64,000 nt of DNA from an archaeon (GTDB lineage: Archaea; Nanobdellota; Nanobdellia; Pacearchaeales; DTIR01), in contig JAZDFA010000015.1 in the NCBI GenBank assembly GCA_043808285.1, forward strand, positions 46,085-110,084, in the 5' to 3' direction. Below the pieces are notes generated by a model. That model saw only the letters and a program-made list of their open reading frames with translations. It did no database searches and was not told the origin of the DNA. Both the position numbers and the translations under genes were made by a program. This document shows, piece by piece, positions 56,321 to 64,000 of the stretch (position 1 is its first letter; each line of letters opens with the position of its first letter).

Positions 56321-57355
56321 TTATATCTCTTTTGGAGGGTAAGCTTCATCTGCTAGTTTATAGAGTTCCTTATTCTTTTGCAATTCCTTGAGTAATTTGC
56401 AGATCTCTTCTGCAAGGGCATTCTTCAGATCTAGGGGATGTATCTTTTTTTCCTTGAAATCTTGTTCAAGCTCTTCATAAGAAGAGTAAGAAAGGTCTCC
56501 CCCATATTTCTGGTCTCGCTTTATCACAAATTTTTCTTGATTGTCTGATTTTATAACCATTATCACATACTTAATGAAAGCAATTATTCCACTGTTACAA
56601 TCTCCTGCTAGACATTCTGCCGAATTAATCTTCTGTTTTACTACTTCTGGATCATCTAACAAATCTATTTTAGATTTAGGATCTGAAGCAGACATCTTCT
56701 TCCCCACTAACCCTGGGATTAATGGATTCATTATTTCGATTCTTTTTTCATAATCTAATCTGGGCAAGTTTTCTCTTGCCAAAACCATTATTTTTCTTTG
56801 GTCTGTACCTCCTAATTGCGCATCTACATCTAAGTATTGTTCATCTAATGCCTGCATGATTGGATAGATTAATCCTGAAAGTCTCGGATTATCTCCTAGC
56901 TTCACTACCTCTGAAGCTGCTTTGTGTGCATCATGAACTGAAACCATTGAGGACATTTGAAGAACATCATACATATACTCTGGTTTGAGCTGAAAATCGC
57001 TTCCTTTAACAAATTCTAGGTCTTTGGGCTCTACACCTATTGCTTTTATCATTGCAGAAATTATCTTAGAATAATACAGATACCTTTTTTCTAACACATT
57101 CCAAGGAGTATTATCCATTGCAGCATGTAGGTCTGCTAGTAAAATTTTCACCTTAAATCCTGCTTTTAAAAAATCTGCAATTTTTAATGCTGGAAAAAAA
57201 TAAGCTATATGCGGCTTGCCAGTGGGGGCAGTTCCCCAATAAAGTGATGGCTTCTTCTTGTTTTGAAGAAGCTTGATTAATTCCTCCTCTGATATGATCT
57301 CTGCAGTATTTCTGGTTATCAAATCGAATCTCTCTCTTACTCCCAAGTTAACCAT
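56321..57355 (-). CDS. tyrS: Tyrosyl-tRNA synthetase (archaeal type)
   Basis: Strong recall-based match to archaeal TyrRS: RNTAEIISEEEL, ILLADLHA, GSDFQL, IYPIMQ, QRKIMVLARE, KMSAS, GGDLSYSSYEELE, HPLDLKNALAEE. Confidence 0.85.
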   Translation of the reverse strand: MVNLGVRERFDLITRNTAEIISEEELIKLLQNKKKPSLYWGTAPTGKPHIAYFFPALKIADFLKAGFKVKILLADLHAAMDNTPWNVLEKRYLYYSKIISAMIKAIGVEPKDLEFVKGSDFQLKPEYMYDVLQMSSMVSVHDAHKAASEVVKLGDNPRLSGLIYPIMQALDEQYLDVDAQLGGTDQRKIMVLARENLPRLDYEKRIEIMNPLIPGLVGKKMSASDPKSKIDLLDDPEVVKQKINSAECLAGDCNSGIIAFIKYVIMVIKSDNQEKFVIKRDQKYGGDLSYSSYEELEQDFKEKKIHPLDLKNALAEEICKLLKELQKNKELYKLADEAYPPKEI

Positions 57356-57432
57356 AAGAAACTTAGTAGCAAACGTTTCTTAAATCTTTCGAAAAGAGAA
57401 AGATATAAAAGATTTATCTGACTATTAAAAAA

Positions 57433-57852
57433 ATGATAGAGGTATCAAAACTGATAATAAATATAATTCTGGCAATTTTTCTTGCAGGTAGTATAGGATA
57501 TGAAAGGCAGGTAAGAAGAGGAATATATTCTGTAGGAATAAGAACGCACATACTCTTATGTTTTGTGGTTATGATTCTTACCTCTGTAAGCATAGATGGT
57601 TTCCCGCTAGATTCTGCTAGGATAATTGCAGGAGTAATAAGTGCAGTAGGATTCATAGCAGCAGGAACAATAATAGGCCATAGAGAAGAAGTTCTTGGGC
57701 TTACTACTGGAATAGGGCTTCTAGTGGTTTCAGGAATAGGCATACTCATCGCAATGGGATATTATATCGTTGCAGTAATCGTGACAATTTCTTCCTGGAT
57801 GATACTGGAATTATGGAGATTTGAAGTTAAAGTTGGCTTGAAGAAAAAGTAA
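57433..57852 (+). CDS. MgtC/SapB family membrane protein
   Basis: LAGSIGYERQ signature near the N-terminus. Confidence 0.65.
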   Translation: MIEVSKLIINIILAIFLAGSIGYERQVRRGIYSVGIRTHILLCFVVMILTSVSIDGFPLDSARIIAGVISAVGFIAAGTIIGHREEVLGLTTGIGLLVVSGIGILIAMGYYIVAVIVTISSWMILELWRFEVKVGLKKK

Positions 57853-57894
57853 TAACTTTATAAGATATATAAAGAGATTTTTCATGCGAGAATT

Positions 57895-59094
57895 ATGATT
57901 TTAGAGTTATTGATCCCAATTATTTTAGGCATATTTGCTGGAATATTTACAGGCTTAATGCCAGGAATACATATTAATCTTATCTCAATGATGCTCCTTC
58001 TTTACTATAATAAAATCTCTTCTTTCTTTGAGCCATTGCCTATTGCGTCTTTTATTGTTTCTATGTCAATAACTCACTCTTTTCTAGATTTTATTCCTAG
58101 TATATTCTTATCTGCTCCAAATTCCCAAACTGCATTGTCTGTAATGCCGGGACATAAACTTCTATTGAATGGAAAAGGGTATGCCGCTACAATGCTTGCA
58201 GTAAAGGGTTGTTTTGTGGGAGTAATCCTTCTTATTATCACAACTCCAATATTCATATTTTCTATGCCTTTAATTTATGACTTCATCAAAAGATTTATGG
58301 CGCCAATATTAATTGGGTCTGTAGTTTTTCTTATTCTGGGGGAAAGAAAAATTATCTGGGCTTCTCTGCTCTTTATTATTTCAGGATTGCTGGGAGTAAT
58401 CTCCTTTAACATGCAGATTAATGAACCTTTATTCCCCTTGCTTACTGGTTTGTTTGGCACTTCTATGCTTGTTGCAAGCATAAGCGAAAAGACGAAAGTG
58501 CCTAGCCAAAAGATAAGTACAATAAGATTATCTATAAAAGAGGTATTCAAATCCTCTTTTTCAGGAGTAATTGGCTCATCATTATGTAGTTTTCTTCCAG
58601 GCCTTGGAGCCTCCCAGGCAGCAGTAATTGCTTCAGACATTAATGGCAAAACAAACTCTAAAAGTTTTCTATTTCTAATTGGGCTAATAAGCACATTAGT
58701 TACCGGGCTCAATTTTGTTGCAATATATGCAATAAACAAACCAAGAAGCGGCGTTGCAATTGCAGTGTCTAAAATAGTTCCTAGCTTGGGGATATTTCAA
58801 CTGGAAGTTTTACTTGCTTCATGCTTTATTTCAGCAGTAATCTCATTTTATTTGGCAATTTACTTCTCTAAAATATTTGCAAGAAACATCTCAAAGATAG
58901 AATATAGCTCCATCTCAAAATCTATCTTAATCTTTTTGATATTAATGACCTTCTTAATTTCAGGATTAGAGGGGATTATCATATTAATTACTGGCACTAT
59001 AATAGGAGTTTTAGCAATCAAACAAGGAATAAGAAAAATGCACCTTATGGGCTGTATAATGCTGCCAGTAATAACCTATTTTTTAAGCAATTAA
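57895..59094 (+). CDS. Polytopic membrane protein, TctA/DUF112-like (putative)
   Basis: Repeated G.PG motifs in TM context (GLMPGIH, SFLPGLGASQAAV). Confidence 0.35.
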   Translation: MILELLIPIILGIFAGIFTGLMPGIHINLISMMLLLYYNKISSFFEPLPIASFIVSMSITHSFLDFIPSIFLSAPNSQTALSVMPGHKLLLNGKGYAATMLAVKGCFVGVILLIITTPIFIFSMPLIYDFIKRFMAPILIGSVVFLILGERKIIWASLLFIISGLLGVISFNMQINEPLFPLLTGLFGTSMLVASISEKTKVPSQKISTIRLSIKEVFKSSFSGVIGSSLCSFLPGLGASQAAVIASDINGKTNSKSFLFLIGLISTLVTGLNFVAIYAINKPRSGVAIAVSKIVPSLGIFQLEVLLASCFISAVISFYLAIYFSKIFARNISKIEYSSISKSILIFLILMTFLISGLEGIIILITGTIIGVLAIKQGIRKMHLMGCIMLPVITYFLSN

Positions 59095-62000
59095 TTTGCA
59101 AACCATTTCTGCAAAGCTTCCTGTTTTTCCATTTCTCTTCCAAATATGCTTTCTATGTATTTTTTAGTTAATTCTAAATTTTGTTTTACGTAGGGTGGAA
59201 CATTATACTTTTGCGCAAGAGATAATGCAGGTTCAAGATATTTAGTTATGCCTCCCTGAGAAATTGTAAAAATTATTTTTCCCCCGCAGTTAGAACATGT
59301 TCCTTGCAATGGGGGTCTTCTGAATTTTTCATTGCATTTTACACATCTAAATTCCTGGGTACTAAATTTTCTTAGATTTCCTCTGATATCCCTTATAAGA
59401 TGCCTCTCAATTATTAGTCTTGCAACATCTGTTGTATCTACTGCCCTTATCTTCTCTACAAGCTCCATTTGTTTTTGAACTTTTTCCTGCATAGTTGGAA
59501 TTTTTTTGTATGCAGAGCAAGTTACTCCATCATTGATATTTGTTGTTTCATGAGTATAATTAATATTTTTAAATACCCCAAATTCATCTGATAACTTGTC
59601 TTTAATTTGATCTATCTTAACGCTCCATGCAGGTTTGAATATCTCTCCCCCCTCATAAAGTTCTAAAGGAAATTCTTTTACTGTCTCTATATCAAATATC
59701 ATGTCATCCACCTCTCCCGCCCTTAATCTTGAGTTCAGTACCAGAGGCGCGTCTTGTGTGCCTCCCCTATGTGCTGGGAGGAATTCTCTAGAAAAATTGA
59801 GAAGCATGTCTAAAAGTAACATCACTGCCGCCTCATCTCCATCACAATCTCTCCTCATTGCTGCATGTATATATGGAGAGGCCAATAAAGCCTGCATCTT
59901 ACTAAATCCGATTATTCTCCCTACAACTGCTGCAGAATTATGCGGAGCTATGCATCCAACAAGATGCCCGCATAAATCCTCTCTTGATTTCAAATCATAA
60001 AAAGGCTTTAATCCGTAAAATCTTACAAGAAGATTATCTATGAACTTTGCAATATTTGCAAAAACAATATCTGCATTCTCATCCAGGCTATCTGGACAAA
60101 TCGGAAGTATTATGTCATGAGGCTTCAATTCCAAAATTTGATTTTCATCCTTAAGAGGGGCATTGTTCATATCCTGATTATAACCCATCTCTTTTAATTT
60201 CTGTATGCTTGTTCCAATCTCTAATGGCTTAAAATGAGTTATCGGAAGCTCTGTTGCATCATACCTTATCGTGCCGTCTTTGTTTACGTTTAATCCAAAG
60301 ATAGCCCTTAAAACCCCTTTGCCTAAATGCTCCGGAGTATGCTGCAAAGAACTGGTCCCTTTTACCCCCTTAATCAACTCTGGCACTTCTATTTTTTGAA
60401 GGTTTAATTGTCTTGATGCAGCATCCAGATAATGATTTAAGTCTATTCTTTTTGTCATAAAATCTTGTGCTTTTCCATGTATGTGGCAGGATTCTGAGTT
60501 TAATTTGCGGTCACAATCTTTGCAATAATACATTTTTCTTGTTTTGCTATTGCAGTTTTCACAAACAAAATAAATAGTTTCAAGGTTGCATTTATCGCAG
60601 AAATAAATAGGAAACTCTGCCTTTACATTAGTTTCACACGCTTCTTGAACACTCCTCATCCTGCCTCCTGCTTCTCCTACTGGAAAAAGGACATGAGGAT
60701 TCCCCGTAAGCTTTCTCATCTTTGCTTTTTCTGGTCTGCCCATTCTTGCACCAATAAAAGATCCTGCGCGGTCTCTTATCTTAAATTTAGAAATTGTGTT
60801 TACTATCTCCAATAAATTTTTATCGGGATTATTTTTTATTATCTCTATTACTTCTTTTATTTTTTCAATGGAATATTCTTTAGGTTCTATTCCCAGATTA
60901 ATAAGAAATGCTGAGGATTCCTCCTCCTTTACTACGAAATCCTCTGTTGCAGCTATATGTTCTACCCCTAAAATTTCCAAAGCTCTTTTTGCATTATTAA
61001 ATTTTTCATTATGGGGTAAAATAAATTTCTCTTCAAATCTGGATTCAAGAATCCATTCTAAAATTAAGTTAAATTGAAGAGGAGTTATTTGAGACCAATA
61101 AAAAATAAATTGAGGATGTAATGGAATGGCATACTCCTTACTTAGTTCAATTGCTTTTTCTAAATTTACTTTGTATGGGTCTACAGAAATAGATGTTTTG
61201 CTCTTCAGTTCGGCAGCCCAATAACCCTCATTGTAACCGCAAGGCATTAAAACATGGTTCCTATTAAAAAAATCTCCATAGCTGATTAATATATCTCCTA
61301 CATAAACTATCTCTTTTATATCCTTTCTGATCTTTTCTGCTTGGATAGTCGTCTTTAGTTTTATCAAACTTCCGTCAGACAGCTTCACAATTGGGCCTTC
61401 TATCCCATCGCAGGAAACTATTGCCGCTGATTTTCCAGGCCTTTCCATTCTAAATTGAGAACCCAGTGCAATAAAATCATCAAAAGCGATCATTGTAGCT
61501 GGATGAATTGCTGCAGCACTATATCCTGTTGTTCTTGTTCTTCCATATCTGAGCCTAAATCCTCCAGCTCTCGAAGGGTGAGATAACACTGGTCTTCCTG
61601 CAACTAAATCTTGTATGTACTTATCGGAAGGAGAAGGCTTGGTATCTGCCATTACCTTCTTTTGAAGTTTTGCTATATCTTGCAAAAAATCCCATGAAGA
61701 AAGTTTGAGTCCTTTTTCATTCAGCCCTTTTACAATCTTTATAAGCTTAGCACACTTTTGTGCAATTCCTTCTGCAAGAACAAGGCAAATGCCACTTCTT
61801 ATGCAATTAGTTTCTATTCTTTGCAAATCCTTATAATTTGAAACCTCCTTTTCTTCTGAGGGCTCTCCAGTTACCTGCACTGGAATATTTGAAGCAAGTA
61901 TTTCTACTTCTTTTTCACTTGGAAGATACTGCAAATTAGTCACTCTTTCATGATAATCTTGTATTTCTGTAATTGTCCTCTTCACTTCCTCTGGTGTAGG

Positions 62001-62528
62001 GTCATATTTGGCATATCCAAATCTCTCTCTAAGATAATCTGCGATTACAACAGAAAAAGCTGCAGCTGTTCCTCCTGCACTTCTTATAGGCCCGGAAAAA
62101 TATATCGCAAAATAGTCTTCCCCAGAAGCAGTTTTCTTCAATTTTAATTCTGTGAATCCTTCCAGAGGGGAAGAGACCACACCCAGAGTGCTATATGCTA
62201 TGCCTATCCTTATTGCTGCATCCATAGCTTCTATTTTATCCTTGAACTTACAAAATTTTTCTAATGAAATCTCCTCTGCAATTTTAATGGCAACTGCAGG
62301 ATTAAGTAAACCATGTTCCTTCTCTAGTTCTACTATCCTTCTTTCTATTGCTTCATCTTTTACTTGGGGATATTTTATTGAAACAAGTCCTGTAACTTTT
62401 TCAGAAAGTCTTGTAGCAAGAGAAATCTCTACTGTTGACTTGGGGTCTAATCCCTTTGCCCTGGCTTCTTCTGCAATACTATATGCTACTTTTACCTTTC
62501 TTTCTAACTCTGTGAAATATTGCTGCAT
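59091..62528 (-). CDS. polC: DNA polymerase II (PolD) large subunit DP2
   Basis: 1145 aa; N-terminus MQQYF.ELE...EARAKGLDP...; C-terminal zinc modules (CVKCNEKF...CSNCGGK). Confidence 0.95.
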   Translation of the reverse strand: MQQYFTELERKVKVAYSIAEEARAKGLDPKSTVEISLATRLSEKVTGLVSIKYPQVKDEAIERRIVELEKEHGLLNPAVAIKIAEEISLEKFCKFKDKIEAMDAAIRIGIAYSTLGVVSSPLEGFTELKLKKTASGEDYFAIYFSGPIRSAGGTAAAFSVVIADYLRERFGYAKYDPTPEEVKRTITEIQDYHERVTNLQYLPSEKEVEILASNIPVQVTGEPSEEKEVSNYKDLQRIETNCIRSGICLVLAEGIAQKCAKLIKIVKGLNEKGLKLSSWDFLQDIAKLQKKVMADTKPSPSDKYIQDLVAGRPVLSHPSRAGGFRLRYGRTRTTGYSAAAIHPATMIAFDDFIALGSQFRMERPGKSAAIVSCDGIEGPIVKLSDGSLIKLKTTIQAEKIRKDIKEIVYVGDILISYGDFFNRNHVLMPCGYNEGYWAAELKSKTSISVDPYKVNLEKAIELSKEYAIPLHPQFIFYWSQITPLQFNLILEWILESRFEEKFILPHNEKFNNAKRALEILGVEHIAATEDFVVKEEESSAFLINLGIEPKEYSIEKIKEVIEIIKNNPDKNLLEIVNTISKFKIRDRAGSFIGARMGRPEKAKMRKLTGNPHVLFPVGEAGGRMRSVQEACETNVKAEFPIYFCDKCNLETIYFVCENCNSKTRKMYYCKDCDRKLNSESCHIHGKAQDFMTKRIDLNHYLDAASRQLNLQKIEVPELIKGVKGTSSLQHTPEHLGKGVLRAIFGLNVNKDGTIRYDATELPITHFKPLEIGTSIQKLKEMGYNQDMNNAPLKDENQILELKPHDIILPICPDSLDENADIVFANIAKFIDNLLVRFYGLKPFYDLKSREDLCGHLVGCIAPHNSAAVVGRIIGFSKMQALLASPYIHAAMRRDCDGDEAAVMLLLDMLLNFSREFLPAHRGGTQDAPLVLNSRLRAGEVDDMIFDIETVKEFPLELYEGGEIFKPAWSVKIDQIKDKLSDEFGVFKNINYTHETTNINDGVTCSAYKKIPTMQEKVQKQMELVEKIRAVDTTDVARLIIERHLIRDIRGNLRKFSTQEFRCVKCNEKFRRPPLQGTCSNCGGKIIFTISQGGITKYLEPALSLAQKYNVPPYVKQNLELTKKYIESIFGREMEKQEALQKWFAN

Positions 62529-62529
62529 T

Positions 62530-63177
62530 TTATGCCCTCAAAATTTTATTTATTTCTTTAAAATCATCTATACAATACCTTGCACTTTTTGTAGTCCTGT
62601 CGGTTTTAGGATTGAATGCAATTGGCAATCCTACTCTTTCAAAACAAGATATATCATTTTCGTTGTCTCCTATAAAACAAATGCTGTCTAGAGAGATATT
62701 CAAACCATCTGAAATCTCCTTCAGTTTATCTGCTTTCCCCCATAGTTTCACTCTGGAATCATAAGTGCCATCAAATAATTCATTTTTATGATTTAATATA
62801 AATGATAATGCAAAATTCATGTTAAGCTCTTCTCTTGCAGCCTCTGCAACAAAGCTGATTCCCGTGGTTAATATCCCTCGAATATATTTAGTGCTCAAAT
62901 CTTTGAAAAAAGGCTTTACGCCTTTAGAATAAGGTATTGGAAACAGATTTTCTATTCCTTTCTTGATTGGAAGGCCCTTAAGAAGACCAACCAATTTATC
63001 TGTCCATTCATTCTCCAATTCTTTCTTATCATGATAATAATCCCATAAGTCCATGTTCTCTTTTTGCAATCCATACCCTTGATATAATGCATCCCATGTG
63101 CTTTTGAATTGGCCTTTTTCATAATGGACAATGGTGCCATCCATATCACTAATGATCATTCTTATTTTGTTTTTCAT
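62530..63177 (-). CDS. HAD-superfamily phosphatase (phosphoserine-phosphatase-like)
   Basis: ISDMDGTIV motif I; ...GDNENDI motif IV. Confidence 0.7.
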   Translation of the reverse strand: MKNKIRMIISDMDGTIVHYEKGQFKSTWDALYQGYGLQKENMDLWDYYHDKKELENEWTDKLVGLLKGLPIKKGIENLFPIPYSKGVKPFFKDLSTKYIRGILTTGISFVAEAAREELNMNFALSFILNHKNELFDGTYDSRVKLWGKADKLKEISDGLNISLDSICFIGDNENDISCFERVGLPIAFNPKTDRTTKSARYCIDDFKEINKILRA

Positions 63178-63179
63178 TT

Positions 63180-64000
63180 TTATTCTGTAAAATCTAATAT
63201 GTTCACTTGCCCTGTTTTCATATTTAGTATTGGTACCTTGCAGGGATCTGGCTCGTTTCCGACCTTTTCTTCATAAGGAGTAATACTTTGCCAACAAGAG
63301 CATGCTATTGTCAGGATGTTATTGTACGAAGAAACATCAGTTTTATGCATTTCTCCAGTTGTGATTATGTCTGGGATTATTAGAATTGCAAGAGGGTCTG
63401 AGATTTCTGTAGGAATATAGACTACTGAGGAATGTGTTGGAGAAAGATGCCTTCTTTTCAATACATGTTTAACTACCTTCGAAGGGCAATGATGAGCATT
63501 TGTTAGCCTTAATTCTTCTATATCACTTATAAGACTGTGGAAGGAGGCACCATGATACATCAAAACTTTTAATCCTGAAAAAGAAGCAGTTGATCCTATG
63601 TTTATTAATGCAGGATTGCTTACAAGAATAAGATTCTCTATATTATGGAGAGGTTCTGCAAAGTGTTTGTCTATAGGTGGTTGGGGTTCTGCAACTCTTA
63701 CAGAGTCGTGCTGGCCAGGAGACATTATTATCTTTACATCTTTTCTTATTTTACTCAGATAGCTTGCAAGAAGTTCATATTGCCTCTTGATATCTTTTAT
63801 CGAAAGAAAATTCTCTTGATTAGGATAAATTCCTATCCCGTCAACAGTATCGCCTACTATAAAGAGGTATTTCACTTTTTTTGCTAATTCTCTTTGGGAT
63901 TCAGAACCGATCTCTCCATTAAGCCATTTTATAAATTTAGCGAAATTTGCTTCTAAAAACCTTGTTGAGCCTACGTGAATATCTGAAGTAAATGCCGCAT
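63180..64000 (-). CDS. polB: DNA polymerase II (PolD) small subunit DP1, C-terminal phosphodiesterase domain; gene continues beyond window end
   Basis: Frame stays open upstream of the track start to the window edge (...SDIHVGSTRFLEANFAKFIKWLNGE...). Calcineurin-like phosphoesterase motifs (VGDTVDG, SPGQHDS). Confidence 0.8.
   Translation of the reverse strand, partial: AAFTSDIHVGSTRFLEANFAKFIKWLNGEIGSESQRELAKKVKYLFIVGDTVDGIGIYPNQENFLSIKDIKRQYELLASYLSKIRKDVKIIMSPGQHDSVRVAEPQPPIDKHFAEPLHNIENLILVSNPALINIGSTASFSGLKVLMYHGASFHSLISDIEELRLTNAHHCPSKVVKHVLKRRHLSPTHSSVVYIPTEISDPLAILIIPDIITTGEMHKTDVSSYNNILTIACSCWQSITPYEEKVGNEPDPCKVPILNMKTGQVNILDFTE

Noticed and set aside
1-64000. CRISPR arrays or defence systems.
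   Set aside because: No regularly spaced short repeats, cas-like or restriction-modification-like genes seen. The only repeat structures are the two described above.

Overview
The window is AT-rich and gene-dense and looks archaeal. Supporting this are the PolD DP1/DP2 subunits, RpoF/RpoN/RpoD, L21e/L18e, RNase P Rpp21, XerA-type integrase, an archaeal-type TyrRS, a split Alg13/Alg14 pair, and a tRNA with a bulge-helix-bulge-type intron. Two regions are distinguishable. (1) Positions ~1-37,700 are one long surface-glycan / lipid-linked oligosaccharide biosynthesis island. It contains GT2/GT4 glycosyltransferases, two DPM-synthase-like GT2s, GT-C-like polytopic membrane proteins, NDP-sugar nucleotidyltransferases, five SDR epimerase/dehydratases, UDP-glucose dehydrogenase plus UDP-xylose synthase, a Wzx flippase, an AsnB amidotransferase, FemAB-like and CE4-like enzymes, and three SAM methyltransferases. 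Embedded in the island are nine intact radical SAM enzymes (five with C-terminal SPASM/twitch domains, four with N-terminal B12-binding domains) and one degraded radical SAM remnant. This density, including a twice-repeated 'SPASM radical SAM - SDR - radical SAM' module, is the most unusual feature of the window and may represent an undescribed glycan-tailoring system, possibly C-methylation or other radical chemistry on sugars. (2) Positions ~37,700-64,000 carry housekeeping genes: SecF and SecD with an epimerase between them, four tRNAs (Gly-UCC, intron-containing Arg-CCU, Leu-CAA, and Leu with an apparent A34 anticodon AAG), a 5S rRNA, a ribosomal-protein/RNA-polymerase cluster (S9, L13, L18e, RpoD, S11, S4, S13, L21e, RpoF, RpoN), XerA-like integrase, XPF nuclease, LigT, UppS, patatin, a DRG GTPase, TyrRS, MgtC, and a DP1-HAD-DP2 operon. 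Other observations are repeated hairpin-forming elements flanking a Gmd-like gene, a 47-nt duplication of the S4/S11 junction, two gene remnants (a radical SAM N-terminus and an alkaline-phosphatase-family gene with an in-frame stop), and poly-G tracts in a radical SAM gene. All calls come from reading the sequence and ORF translations by eye. No database searches were run.
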